Shown: positions 1 to 11,103, counted from the first letter of the stretch. The stretch is DNA of 64,000 nucleotides from Tubiluchus corallicola (GCA_030141605.1 JAQGDQ010000347.1:131959-195958), one strand, 5' to 3'. Program-made: numbers and translations. The notes: generated by a model not told the origin, from the letters alone.

Positions 1-416
1 ATAAAGTAAGCTCAAAATAAATCCGGGATTCGCTGCATTTATTAGCTGATCGTGGTTATAATAGTGCGCCTTATTGTCAAAGTCATTACTGGATGAAACT
101 TAAAGAAAATGATAGAAGTAATATCTTCTCTCTATACATATTATACTTTGTTTATTGGGATAATTATAATTTATTTAATGGTGAATTTGTAAGGAGCAAC
201 TACATAGCTACATATCAGAGTTTCCGAATTCATGCTTAAAGCGTTCCCGCTGAAAAATTTCAGTCTGCTCTCGTAAGAAAAGATACTAAAAATGTTTTCG
301 CAGAAAAATATAAAAAAATAACTGTGATGAATTTGTAAAAATTAATAATAGTTGTTAATAATTGACAGCTGTTTATCAAAAAAAAATTAATAAATCAGTT
401 CAAAATTTACTACACC

Positions 417-1899
417 ATGAAAAAATACTATCGTAATTTTACCTTTTTTGCATTTTTTGCTATAACAGGCATAATCTTTTCTACCTGCTCTATGGAGATA
501 GACCAGATGGAGCAGAATGCCGGAGAGTATCAGCTAAAAGCTACCTGGAGTGGAGACTTAATCCTGAACGATCAGGCAGCAGTGGATGCCATGCAGCTTG
601 TCTATAAAATCGGTGTCAGGAGTATTAATGATAAGCGGTGATGACATCACAGATCTCTCCTCCCTGAATGAAATAGAGCATGCAGGCAACTTGAACATAA
701 AAGAGAATGAGCAGCTGAAGAGCTTGGCAGGGCTGAACATAAAAGAGGTGGATGGCTATGTTAACATATCTAAAAATAGCAGCCTAACGGACATAACTGC
801 CCTCCACTCTCTTGGTGGATCCATTAGTGCCCGCCTCTCTGTTAAAAGCAATAAAGTTTTGCTCAATTTGAACGGGCTAGAGAATCTGACATCTGTAGGG
901 AACAAGCTGACTATTGACAGCAACAGCGAACTCTTTAACCTGGATGGGCTTCATGGGCTGCGTAGTGTGGCAGGGGACTTAAGCATCATAAATAATTCAA
1001 AATTAAGCGCGGATAGCTATTGCGGAATACACTCCCTCTTAAAGCATGGAGTGGTGGGAGGATTCATATCTATATCGGGCAATGAATACGACCCTGATGT
1101 AAACGAGATACTAGCAATGGATTGTAATTATAATGTCTTTCGGATACCGGATGATCACTTCAGAGGCTACCTGAAAGAAAGGATACCAAACGCTTTTAAC
1201 GATAGTGACTGGCTTATTACAGACCATCCTGATCTATTGACTATTACATCTATAGATGTGGGCTTTGGAAGTAGCTACAAAAACATTAACATCACTTCAT
1301 TGGAAGGTATACAGTTTCTCACTGCTTTAATTTACTTGAATTGCGGTTCCAATAAACTCACCTCTCTGGATGTAAGTAACAACATAAATCTAGAGTATTT
1401 GCATTGCGATTTCAACCAACTCACTTCACTGAACACAAGTGGCTGCACAGAGTTAACTTCGCTGGGTTGCTATAGCAATCAACTCACTTCACTGGATGTG
1501 AGTAGTAATACGGCGTTAACTGAGTTGTTTTGCTACAACAATCAACTCACTTCACTAGATGTAAGTAATAACACTGAGTTAATCAAGCTCCGGTGCTACA
1601 ACAATCAACTTACCTCTCTGGATGTAAGTAACAATACGGAGTTGTCTGATTTCCACTGCTATGCCAACATGCTCACCTCTTTGGATGTGAGTAATAATAC
1701 AAAGTTATATTCTTTCGCTTGCTACTCCAATCAGCTCACCTTTCTGGATGTAAGTAATAACACGGAGATAGAGTGGTTTTATGTGGACCAGGCGATAATG
1801 TGTGAGCCCTCTTTTATGTCTTTTGATTCGTATGTTAAATGTTACTACTGGGATGGAAAAAACATTCCTATTTCCTATTTCCCGCCTAGTGATTGTTGA
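417..1899 (+). pseudogene. Surface lipoprotein with receptor-L-domain repeats and IRREKO-class LRRs, split by a 1-nt frameshift (ORFs 417..641 and 586..1899)
   Basis: ORF1 has a lipoprotein-like signal (…GIIFSTC) and the start of a receptor-L repeat (GDLILNDQAAVDA). ORF2 continues with receptor-L repeats (LxxLxGLxxLxxVxGxLxIxxN), an IPDDHFRGYL cap and 21-aa LxxLxCxxNxLxxLDV repeats. Removing one A from AAAA at 606-609 joins the frames (…LVYK|SVSGVLMISG…). A sequencing error is also possible. Confidence 0.8.
1351..1770 (+). repeat. 63-bp (21-aa) tandem LRR coding repeat, about 7 units
   Basis: Units start at 1351, 1414, 1477, 1540, 1603, 1666 and 1729. Consensus is close to AAYCAACTCACYTCWCTGGATGTAAGTAAYAAYACRGAGTT. 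Confidence 0.92.
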
Positions 1900-1926
1900 T
1901 TAGATCAAAAATTATAGATTGAAAGT

Positions 1927-1961
1927 TTCAGCCGTGTTGTGCCCTATGCAGCACGGCTGAA
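1927..1961. terminator. Hairpin between the convergent LRR gene and ECF sigma gene
   Basis: TTCAGCCGTGTTG…CAGCACGGCTGAA inverted repeat. Confidence 0.7.
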
Positions 1962-2045
1962 TATTGTCATCAGAAAAGTGCTGGGTGGTGGATAACTTCT
2001 TTTTTCTATTCCTGGTACAGCCGGAAAGTCGGTAAGTCAGCTAAG

Positions 2046-2579
2046 CTAAATCTTTTCAACAAGGCGCTCACTGATAAATTTCAATGACCGGGATATGCTG
2101 TTGTTAACAGTTCCGGAGGATAAGCTCATTTCCCTGGCAATTTCAATAGCAGATTTCCCCTCTTTACGGCTTTTAAGAAATATGTTACGCTGTTTTTCAG
2201 GCAGAAGATCAACAATGGAGTATATTTGATTAAGTGTTGATTTGCATTCTATTGATCTCTCTGAAGAGTTATCTGTTTTTTCTAGGCTGGCACTATTCAG
2301 AAATTCCTTGGCATATCTGCTTCTTCTGAAAAACATCCTAATCTGGTTATATGATATGGTGAACAGATACGATTTAAGAGAGGTTACGCTTTTTATATTT
2401 TTACGGTTTTCCCATAGCTTGATAAACACTTCCTGAATAAGGTCTTCGGCCTCTGTTTCAGATTTGAGGTACCTCATTGCAAATCTGAATAGTTTGTGCC
2501 TGTACAATTCAAAGAGCTGATCGAAAGCTTCAATGTCTCCTCGCCTTAAACCTTTAATTAAGTAAGCTTCATAGCCCAA
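2046..2579 (-). CDS. ECF sigma-70 factor (Bacteroidetes expansion family)
   Basis: Region 2 AEDLIQEVFIKLWENR…LKSYLF; region 4 LPEKQRNIFLKSRKEGKSAIEIA…TVNNSISRS. Confidence 0.92.
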   Translation of the reverse strand: MGYEAYLIKGLRRGDIEAFDQLFELYRHKLFRFAMRYLKSETEAEDLIQEVFIKLWENRKNIKSVTSLKSYLFTISYNQIRMFFRRSRYAKEFLNSASLEKTDNSSERSIECKSTLNQIYSIVDLLPEKQRNIFLKSRKEGKSAIEIAREMSLSSGTVNNSISRSLKFISERLVEKI

Positions 2580-3032
2580 AATAGCCTGCTTTTAGATAGA
2601 AAAAGCAAATATATGGATATTTCTAAAAACATCATTATGATAATCAGGTTTGATTTCTATCAAGTTACATCCCCAGGCCGGATAGCTGGGTTTGCTACTA
2701 TGCTGAGTCGGAGTAAAGCCTTTTGAAAGGTTGTATTTTTACTATTGTTTTAGTTATGTTCCTCTTCAAAAAGCTTTTATTTCCATTAGTAAGCTGCGGA
2801 TTGCTTGAGTTACTTCTCATCCTGAGCTAAACTCTTTTGTCCTGCAAAGGGCATGGGTATGGGTTACTATAAAGGTCTGGAGTGGGTCTGGTAAGTATCT
2901 GATAGTCACAAGTGAGGTGGGGTGTGTGCAAATGTTCTAATGCTATTTATGTTTGCGGGTTAAGGTTGCTATATATACATGACTAATGATTATCTTTACG
3001 CATGATAGTTGAATATTTTAAGCTGTAAGTGT

Positions 3033-3614
3033 ATGAGAGTACTGGCTATTAATGGAAGCCCAAGGAGGAATGGTAATACTCAATTGCTAATGGAAGAGGT
3101 GTTTAAGCCCTTGCTAGAGGAGGGTATAGATACTGAACTATTTCAGTTGGGAGGAAAAAAAGTACATGGGTGTACAGCCTGTTGCAAGTGTAGGGAGATA
3201 CAGGACAGGAGGTGCCATATAAAAAATGACGTGCTAAATGAGTGTATAGGAAAAATGATTGAGGCGGATGGTATTATTATTGGTTCTCCTGTTTATTTTA
3301 GCGATGTATCTACGGAGGTTAAAGCATTAATAGATGTGGCCGGCTATGTTGTCCGTGGAAACGGGCATCTTCTAGCGCGAAAAGTTGGAGCCGGAGTTGT
3401 TGCAGTGCGTAGGGCCGGCATGATCCATACACTCAATACAATGAATAGCTTTTTTCTTATAAATCAGATGGTTATTCCGGGTGCTACTTACTGGAATATA
3501 GGGTTTGGTAAAGAGCGGGGAGATGTGTTGAACGACAGTGAGGGGATTGCTACTATGCAAAGTCTGGGCAAAAATATGGCGTGGCTTCTTAAATCTCTTA
3601 ATAGCCGGGGCTAG
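3033..3614 (+). CDS. Iron-sulfur flavoprotein / flavodoxin family (NADPH-dependent FMN reductase-like)
   Basis: MRVLAINGSPRRNGNT; CxxCxxC…C cluster motif (CTACCKC…RRC); GSPVYF. ATG at 3033 preferred over the TTG at 3009. Confidence 0.9.
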   Translation: MRVLAINGSPRRNGNTQLLMEEVFKPLLEEGIDTELFQLGGKKVHGCTACCKCREIQDRRCHIKNDVLNECIGKMIEADGIIIGSPVYFSDVSTEVKALIDVAGYVVRGNGHLLARKVGAGVVAVRRAGMIHTLNTMNSFFLINQMVIPGATYWNIGFGKERGDVLNDSEGIATMQSLGKNMAWLLKSLNSRG

Positions 3615-3805
3615 GGTTGCTTTGCAGCTTTTGCAAGTTCATTTATGCATATTATTCTTCTGGCTGAGCTGTAAAAGAATTTTCAAAAGCTTTTTGGCTT
3701 GTACCGACAAGTTATTGTTTTGCCGGCTTTCCTCTCAAGCTTTATATAACGGCGGGCAATCCTCTGAGAAAGTCTCTTAAGCGAGCTTTAAAGCATCTAA
3801 GAAAC

Positions 3806-3836
3806 ACCCTGCCCTGATGAGAAGTCGGGGGCGGTG
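3806..3836. terminator. Probable terminator hairpin downstream of rpoD
   Basis: CACCCTGCCCTGAT…GTCGGGGGCGGTG imperfect stem. Confidence 0.45.
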
Positions 3837-3891
3837 TAGTAAGTTACCATATAGTGTTTTCTTACCTCTTTGTGGTAAGGCACAAACCTGT

Positions 3892-4752
3892 TTAGCCTAA
3901 GTAAGATTTTAAAAGCTTGCTTCGCGAGGTGTGTCGTAGCCTGCGGATGGCCTTCTCTTTTATCTGGCGCACCCTCTCCCTGGTCAGTTCAAACCGCTCT
4001 CCTATCTCTTCAAGGGTCATTTCCTGCATTGCAATACCGAAAAACATTTTTATAATCTCTGCCTCTCTGTCGGTAAGTGTTGCAAGGGCTCTGTCAATTT
4101 CTCTTGCTAAAGATTCATTTATTAGTGAGCGGTCTGCCTTTGGAGAATCTCTGTTTACCAATACGTCAAGCAGGCTGTTGTCCTCTCCGTCAACAAATGG
4201 TGCATCAACAGATACATGGCGTCCCGAGACCCTCAGCGTATCGGTGATTTTCTCTGCAGGGAGGTCCAGTTCCTTTGCCAGTTCGTTAGGGGAGGGTTTT
4301 CTCTCATTTTCCTGCTCAAACTTGGAGAATGCTTTGTTTATCTTGTTTAGAGAACCTACCTGGTTCAGTGGTAGGCGAACAATTCTTGACTGCTCAGCAA
4401 GAGCCTGTAGTATGGACTGTCGGATCCACCACACAGCATAAGAGATAAACTTAAAGCCGCGCGTTTCGTCAAATTTCTCGGCAGCCTTTATCAGTCCAAG
4501 ATTTCCCTCGTTGATAAGGTCAGGCAACGTTAGCCCTTGGTTTTGGTACTGTTTGGCAACTGATACAACGAAACGCAGATTGGCCTTTGTAAGTTTCTCA
4601 AGCGCAGCTTGATCCCCTTTTTTTATCCGCTGCGCTAATTCGACCTCCTCCTCTACAGTTATTAGTTCCTCTCTACCAATCTCTTGAAGATACTTATCGA
4701 GTGAAGCACTCTCACGGTTGGTAATGGACTTTGTAATCTTAAGTTGTCTCAT
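3892..4752 (-). CDS. rpoD: Primary RNA polymerase sigma factor (Bacteroidetes RpoD/SigA type, no region 1.1)
   Basis: [22 protein letters not shown]; [14 protein letters not shown]; [18 protein letters not shown]; [12 protein letters not shown]. Confidence 0.97.
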   Translation of the reverse strand: MRQLKITKSITNRESASLDKYLQEIGREELITVEEEVELAQRIKKGDQAALEKLTKANLRFVVSVAKQYQNQGLTLPDLINEGNLGLIKAAEKFDETRGFKFISYAVWWIRQSILQALAEQSRIVRLPLNQVGSLNKINKAFSKFEQENERKPSPNELAKELDLPAEKITDTLRVSGRHVSVDAPFVDGEDNSLLDVLVNRDSPKADRSLINESLAREIDRALATLTDREAEIIKMFFGIAMQEMTLEEIGERFELTRERVRQIKEKAIRRLRHTSRSKLLKSYLG

Positions 4753-5601
4753 GCTCTATCCGAATAAAAAGTTCGCAAATATACAAAAAATATTATAAAA
4801 TTTAAAATCTAACACGCTGTTTTGAAAAATGAGATTTATACATTGTGCTATGTTTAGTCAATTTCGGGAACAAAATATTTCTAGTTTTAAAAATCTTTAT
4901 TTACATAATTCTCTATGGTTCTCAACTATCTTTTTGGCAATACTTGCTGGTATTGTGAATGAGTGTTTGAAAGCGGAGATATTAGGTTTAGTCCGCTGAT
5001 AGTTATGACAATACCAGTTTTCTTGCTGGTTCAGTACTGCTCCTGTTCTGTTTTTGGGATTAAAGGGCCACATTATTTCTGTAGCTGATTCGAGCTCCCT
5101 CTGTATTTAATTTAATATCACTGTTTAACATATACTTCTTTGGCGCAAATAGTTTTGCTGTTTAGTGTAGGTATTATTGAGCGGGGGCTTGGTATCATTT
5201 CCCGATCAAAATGGATAATGTCTTTACGTAGGGATTCCATCATTGAGTTGTTTTTCCAGTAATGAGGGTCCTTTCTATCTAGTCATATCATGGGAAGATA
5301 AGGTTTTTCAAGTTTTTCCAAAAAATAACAAATAACACTTGCTTCTCAGTTTTAAGGCTATTTGGTTTCTCCTGCTTCAGACAGGTTTAATAAGTGCAAT
5401 ACCACATTTGTTATCTTTCTATCCCAATTATAGCCTTATTTATGGGAGGTGTTTTCGTCTTTTTGGGAGACCTTAACCTCATCTTATTAATAATAAGCCT
5501 TACCCGGGGGAAATAAAATTGAATCACCCGGATAAGACTATGTTGTTGTGTACTAGCCTGCTGTTGTATAGCGCCTTATTGTATTTGTCATTAAGTTGTG
5601 T

Positions 5602-7053
5602 TTAGTCTATTCTGAGAGCAAAATACTCCCATTCTCCGCTGGGATATACCCCCTCTACCAGAATAGGGCGGGATGCGTTATTCCAGTCCATAGCCCGTTT
5701 AATATCATCAGCAGAGTTGACCGGTGCTCTGTTCATTGCAACGATAATAAACCCGTCTTGTACTCCTATATCATTAAACTTCCCCTTTTTTACCTTTGTA
5801 ATCTGCACTCCGCTGCTTATACCCAGCTTCTCCATGTCTTTCTTTGAAACGGGTCCAAATTCAGCTCCGAGCACGGAGATGGATTTCTTAATGATTGAAG
5901 TGTTCCCCTGAGTGTTGCGCAGTATGACATCATACTGTATCACTTTTCCTTTTCTTTTGATATCCACACTTACGCGATCTCCGGGGCGGAACCGGCCTAT
6001 CTGCTCCTGCAGTTCAGGGACGCTATTTACTTCGTGCGAGTTTACCGCAATAATAACATCCCCTTCTTTGATTCCCGATTTTTTTGCTGCACCATTCTCC
6101 ATTACCTCCACAACATATACCCCTTTGACAGCGCTCAGTTTTTTCTCCTTTTTAAGTTCGGAAGTGACCGTAGTAATCTGCACGCCCAGTATAGCCCTTT
6201 GTACCTCTCCATACTCTTTAAGGTCTTCAACTACTTTCTGAGCAATCATTGAAGGCACAGCAAATGAGTATCCGGTAAAAGAGCCGGTACGTGACGCAAT
6301 AGCAGTATTGATACCTACCAGCTCACCCTCCCTGTTTAGTAGCGCTCCCCCGCTGTTGCCGGGGTTAACGGCTGCGTCGGTCTGTATAAAGGACTCAAGT
6401 GGCATTTGTCCACCCATAATTCCAATGCTACGTGCTTTTGCGCTAACAATTCCTGCTGTAACAGTGGAGGTAAGGTTAAAAGGGTTGCCAACGGCAAGTA
6501 CCCACTCTCCGGGCTGAAGTTCTTCAGAGCTTCCCCAGTCTAGATAGGGAAGCTCTTTCTTGTCAATTTTTGTCAGTGCAATGTCAGTACTCTCATCTTC
6601 CCCTACCAGCTTAGCTTCAAAAGTACGGCCATCATTCAGGGTTACCTCTATGTTGGTTGCATTGTTAATAACATGCCTGTTTGTCACAATATATCCGTCT
6701 GACGATATTATTACCCCGGAGCCTGAACCCTGTTGGTACCTGGGCTCAGGAGAATATCCCTTATCTCCAAAGAAAAAATCGAAAAAAGGATTCCTGCTGG
6801 AATAAGGGCTGCTATACATTGTTGTTTTAATGTGTACTACTGCGGGAGTGCCTTTCCCTGCTGCATAAGTGAGGCCTGGGTACTCCTCCTGTTTGGCAGG
6901 CAGTTGCATGTTGGCTATCCTAATAGGTTGCACCTCTTTTATAACTGTTTTTTCAGGTGAGGTTTTTTCTATTTTGGGATAGAAATAGATTGCAAGTAAA
7001 GCCCCAATAAAGGCAGTTAGTAGTGTGGTAGTTGTTCGCTTTATTCTGCTCAT
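5602..7053 (-). CDS. degP: Do/DegQ (HtrA) serine protease with two PDZ domains
   Basis: GSGSGVII…TNRHV, DIAL and QTDAAVNPGNSGG triad motifs; two PDZ domains; N-terminal membrane anchor. Confidence 0.93.
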   Translation of the reverse strand: MSRIKRTTTTLLTAFIGALLAIYFYPKIEKTSPEKTVIKEVQPIRIANMQLPAKQEEYPGLTYAAGKGTPAVVHIKTTMYSSPYSSRNPFFDFFFGDKGYSPEPRYQQGSGSGVIISSDGYIVTNRHVINNATNIEVTLNDGRTFEAKLVGEDESTDIALTKIDKKELPYLDWGSSEELQPGEWVLAVGNPFNLTSTVTAGIVSAKARSIGIMGGQMPLESFIQTDAAVNPGNSGGALLNREGELVGINTAIASRTGSFTGYSFAVPSMIAQKVVEDLKEYGEVQRAILGVQITTVTSELKKEKKLSAVKGVYVVEVMENGAAKKSGIKEGDVIIAVNSHEVNSVPELQEQIGRFRPGDRVSVDIKRKGKVIQYDVILRNTQGNTSIIKKSISVLGAEFGPVSKKDMEKLGISSGVQITKVKKGKFNDIGVQDGFIIVAMNRAPVNSADDIKRAMDWNNASRPILVEGVYPSGEWEYFALRID

Positions 7054-7597
7054 AACCAAATAATAAGTTTTAAATTATACCAGCCCGTATTGACTGTACA
7101 AAAAAATTATGCATCAATAAGCGCGCCAAGTTCTTTAAAAATTTGATAAATGAGTGTTAATCTTTGTTATAAAATCCATAATTAACTTAATTTTGGAGGT
7201 GCTTTAAGCGTGCAGAAGCCTTAAGCTTGATGCAAAGCGCAAGGTTCTACCTGAACAAAATAGGCTTGCAACCCAGGGAAGGAGATGCTTGTATATAACT
7301 GGGGTATTTTCTGAGTGTTGGCCAGGATACAAAATATTTGTAAACAGTATAAGATATTAAGATTAGCAGATTTTGCAAAAAGGGATATTTGGGCTTATAT
7401 TGGTAAATAATGTGAAAGAAACCACAGCGTTACCGGCGCAAATAGGAATTTTAGCAACAATATTAGTAATAAGATAGGCTTTACAAAGTTTCGCTTCATA
7501 TATTTGACATGGTTGTTCGAGATCATTTTTTTTTGATATTTGTCATAAAATTTTTTAGAAGCGTATTATTCCTCTAAAGACAATACACCTTTTTATC

Positions 7598-8785
7598 ATG
7601 TTTAAAGTTCAGACATTAAATAAAATAGATCAGGCCGGACTGCAAAGATTTCCACTTGACAAATATGAGATTGCCAGCGAATTGCCTTTTCCTGATGCTA
7701 TAATATTGAGAAGTTTTAATATGCACGGTATGAGTTTGCCCTCTAGCCTGAAAGCTATTGCACGCGCAGGAGCGGGAGTTAATAATATCCCTGTTGAGGA
7801 GTGTACGGAAAATGGAATAGTTGTATTTAACACTCCCGGGGCGAATGCTAACGCAGTGAAGGAACTGGTAATAGCGGGGCTTCTTATTGCTTCACGTAAT
7901 ATCATTAGCGGCATAGAGTGGGTGGAGAGTCTTAGAAGAGGCAGTGAGGAGAACGATATTGTATCTCTGGTTGAGAAGGGGAAGTCCAATTTCTTAGGCA
8001 GTGAGCTCAGAGGTAAAACCCTTGCTATTATCGGGTTGGGGGCGATTGGAGTAATGGTTGCAAATGTTGCTCAGGCACTGGATATGAGAGTTATAGGGTA
8101 TGACCCGTATATATCTGTAGAGAATGCGTGGGGGCTTCACCACAATATTAAGCGAGCAGAGGGTATTGAAGTACTATTGTCGAATGCCGATTTTGTATCT
8201 CTCCAGATGCCGCTAACAGATGCCACTCGCCATTTTATTAACAAGGATAAAATAGGCATGATGAAAGCCGGCACCAAAGTGTTGAACTTTGCTCGCGGGG
8301 AGTTGGTTGCCAATGATGATATGGGGACTGCTCTTGAAAATGGCAAGGTGTCATGTTATGTTACTGATTTTCCCGATGCAGATATATTGAAAATGAAAAA
8401 TGCTATCACTATTCCACACCTGGGCGCATCTACGTCTGAGTCAGAGGTTAACTGTTCTGTGATGGCTATTGAGCAGACACGGGATTATCTGGAAAACGGA
8501 AATATCAGGAACTCGGTAAATTTTCCATTGGCAGAGATGAACGAGCGTAAGGGTGCAAGAATTCTGATAGCTAATAAGAATATTCCCAATATGGTGGGAC
8601 AAATATCTACACTTCTTGCGGGCGAGAATGTTAATATTGCCAATATGCTGAACAAAAACAGAAATGATATAGCATACAATATTATTGATATTGACCGTCC
8701 TGTACTTAACCCTGCTATCCTGGACCGACTCAGGGACATTGACGGGGTAATTATGGGCAGAGTACTTCAAAGGGAGTCGGAGTAG
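7598..8785 (+). CDS. serA: D-3-phosphoglycerate dehydrogenase with C-terminal ACT domain
   Basis: RAGAGVNNIP, NTPGANANAV, GLGAIG, NFARGELV, PHLGAST, NKNIPNMVG ACT domain. Confidence 0.93.
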   Translation: MFKVQTLNKIDQAGLQRFPLDKYEIASELPFPDAIILRSFNMHGMSLPSSLKAIARAGAGVNNIPVEECTENGIVVFNTPGANANAVKELVIAGLLIASRNIISGIEWVESLRRGSEENDIVSLVEKGKSNFLGSELRGKTLAIIGLGAIGVMVANVAQALDMRVIGYDPYISVENAWGLHHNIKRAEGIEVLLSNADFVSLQMPLTDATRHFINKDKIGMMKAGTKVLNFARGELVANDDMGTALENGKVSCYVTDFPDADILKMKNAITIPHLGASTSESEVNCSVMAIEQTRDYLENGNIRNSVNFPLAEMNERKGARILIANKNIPNMVGQISTLLAGENVNIANMLNKNRNDIAYNIIDIDRPVLNPAILDRLRDIDGVIMGRVLQRESE

Positions 8786-8856
8786 GCGTTTAGCTTCTTC
8801 TCACCCTTTCAGTGATTATTTTTGAGGTTTGATAAATGATTAAAAATGTTAAGTAT

Positions 8857-10923
8857 ATGAGCACTAGATCTATAGACAAAGTTTCAGACAATATTCGTAT
8901 TTTATCGGCTGCAATGGTAGAGAAGGCCGGTTCAGGACATCCCGGTGGGGCTATGGGAGGGGCCGATTTTATAAATATCCTGTATTCAGAGTTTCTGACT
9001 TATGATCCTGACGATATGACATGGGCGTACCGTGACAGGTTTTTTCTGGATCCAGGACACATGTCTCCAATGCTCTACTCTGTTTTGTCCCTTGCCGGTA
9101 ATTATTCAATGGATGAGTTGAAAGGGTTTCGCCAGTGGCAATCTGTAACTCCCGGCCATCCTGAGGTTGATCCGCTGCGAGGTGTTGAGAACACATCCGG
9201 CCCGCTGGGGCAGGGGCATGCTATGGCGTTGGGTGCTGCTATAGCAGAGCGTTTTCTTGTGGCTCGTTTTGGGGAGTGGATGTCTCATAAGACGTATGCT
9301 TTTATTTCAGACGGAGGTATTCAGGAGGAGATTTCCCAGGGTGTAGGTCGCATAGCGGGCTTTTTGGGGCTGAACAATCTTATAATGTTTTACGACTCTA
9401 ATGATATTCAGCTTTCTACAAGTACCAGTGAGGTCACTTCTGAGGATACGGCGTTGAAGTACGAGTCGTGGGGATGGAGAGTTGTTACCATTAACGGGAA
9501 TGATCCAGAGGAGGTGCGTACTGCTTTAAAAAGTGCAGATGGCGAGAGGGGCAGGCCAACGCTTATTATTGGTAAAACTATAATGGGTAAAGGGGCAGTA
9601 ACTGCTGACGGTTCAAACTTTGAGGGGGAGAGTTCCACACATGGGCAGCCTCTGTCGGCTGCAGGTGCTTCATTTTCAAAAACGGTTGAAAACCTGGGTG
9701 GTGATCCTGACACACCGTTTTTGGTATTTGATGAGTCCAGAGAGGTATATGCAAAGAGGAGAGATGAGCTAAGGAAGCTGGTGGCAGCGAGGAGGGCGGA
9801 AGAGGCTGAGTGGAGGAGGTCCAATGCCATGTTGGCAGCTAAGCTGGATAGTTTTCTATCAGGAGAGGTACCTCATGCAAACTTTTCAAAGATTAAGCAG
9901 AAGGCCAATTCTGCTACTCGCGGAGCCTCTGGTGTGGTATTGGCGGAGCTTGCAAAAGATATTGAGAACATGGTGGTGGCATCTGCTGACTTGTCAAACT
10001 CGGACAAGACAGATGGTTTTTTAAAAAATACCACATCATTTGCAAAAGGTGATTTTAGTGGAGCATTTTTGCAGGCGGGTGTTTGTGAGCTTACTATGGC
10101 TTGTGTAATGAATGGCATGGCGCTTCATGGTGGGGTCATACCCGTTTGCGGAACTTTTTTTGTGTTTTCCGATTATATGAAGCCTGCGGTTAGGATGGCA
10201 GCGCTGATGCAGCTGCCCGTTAAGTATGTGTGGACTCACGATGCGTTTAGGGTGGGTGAAGATGGTCCTACGCATCAGCCTGTTGAGCATGAAGCACAGG
10301 CTCGCCTTATTGAGCAGATGAAAAACCATAAAGGCAACAATTCTATGCTGGTATTGCGCCCTGCCGATGTTCATGAGACTACAGTGTCGTGGAAGTTGGC
10401 CATAGAAAATAGAGAGTCGCCAACTGCGCTGATACTGTCGCGCCAGAATATAAAAGATCTCCCTTCTAAAGAAGATCGTTTTCGGGAGGCGCTACAATCT
10501 GAAAGAGGTGCATATATTGTTGAGGATAGTAAAAACCTGGATGTTATTTTGATTGCATCCGGTTCGGAGGTTGCCACACTTGTTGAGGGTGCGGCGCTAC
10601 TGCGTGGTCGTGATAGTATGAATGTCAGGGTTGTATCTGTGCCTTCGGAAGGACTATTCCGCGCTCAAGAAGGTGATTACCAGGAGTACATACTTCCTTT
10701 AGGTGTTCCCCGGTTTGGTCTGACAGCTGGATTGCCGATAACACTTAGAGGCCTTGTTGGTAGCAATGGGATGGTTTGGGGGTTAAATTCTTTTGGATTT
10801 TCTGCTCCATATACGGTTCTTGATGAGAAGCTTGGGTTTAACGGAGAGAATGTTTATAAGCAGGTTAAGGCTTTTCTTGAGAGTAAAGATCTTTGTAAAG
10901 CGAAGGAGTTTGGTTCAGATTAA
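8857..10923 (+). CDS. tkt: Transketolase
   Basis: SGHPGGAMG, TPGHPE, SGPLGQG, SDGGIQE, THDAFRVGEDGPTHQP. The alternative start is 8836. Confidence 0.96.
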   Translation: MSTRSIDKVSDNIRILSAAMVEKAGSGHPGGAMGGADFINILYSEFLTYDPDDMTWAYRDRFFLDPGHMSPMLYSVLSLAGNYSMDELKGFRQWQSVTPGHPEVDPLRGVENTSGPLGQGHAMALGAAIAERFLVARFGEWMSHKTYAFISDGGIQEEISQGVGRIAGFLGLNNLIMFYDSNDIQLSTSTSEVTSEDTALKYESWGWRVVTINGNDPEEVRTALKSADGERGRPTLIIGKTIMGKGAVTADGSNFEGESSTHGQPLSAAGASFSKTVENLGGDPDTPFLVFDESREVYAKRRDELRKLVAARRAEEAEWRRSNAMLAAKLDSFLSGEVPHANFSKIKQKANSATRGASGVVLAELAKDIENMVVASADLSNSDKTDGFLKNTTSFAKGDFSGAFLQAGVCELTMACVMNGMALHGGVIPVCGTFFVFSDYMKPAVRMAALMQLPVKYVWTHDAFRVGEDGPTHQPVEHEAQARLIEQMKNHKGNNSMLVLRPADVHETTVSWKLAIENRESPTALILSRQNIKDLPSKEDRFREALQSERGAYIVEDSKNLDVILIASGSEVATLVEGAALLRGRDSMNVRVVSVPSEGLFRAQEGDYQEYILPLGVPRFGLTAGLPITLRGLVGSNGMVWGLNSFGFSAPYTVLDEKLGFNGENVYKQVKAFLESKDLCKAKEFGSD

Positions 10924-11067
10924 GGAAAAGTTTAACGACAATCCATAGATAGTTTATTGATGTAGTTGAGGATTTTTTGTCGAAAATATCAATGAAGGAC
11001 TTTTGTAAAAGCCTATATTTATTAATGTAAGGATCGAAGATTTGCTTTTTGCTAATAAAGCGATAAC

Positions 11068-11103
11068 AAAATAGAGGCTGCCTTCTCAGGCAGCCTCTAT
11101 TTT
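11068..11103. terminator. Bidirectional rho-independent terminator (tkt / DUF1080 gene)
   Basis: Perfect AAAATAGAGGCTGCC-ttctca-GGCAGCCTCTATTTT. Confidence 0.88.

Noticed and set aside
1-240. LLADRGYNS as a transposase remnant
   Set aside because: A single short motif at the window edge, with no supporting motifs or inverted repeats.
1351-1770. 63-bp constant/variable array as a CRISPR array
   Set aside because: It is in frame within an ORF, encodes LRRs, and has no cas genes nearby.
3798-3840. CTGATGA near GAAA as a hammerhead ribozyme
   Set aside because: The spacing cannot form the three stems. A simple terminator hairpin explains the sequence.
7140-7597. Riboswitch or leader upstream of serA
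   Set aside because: No recognisable aptamer consensus or terminator/antiterminator pair by eye. An Rfam scan would settle it.
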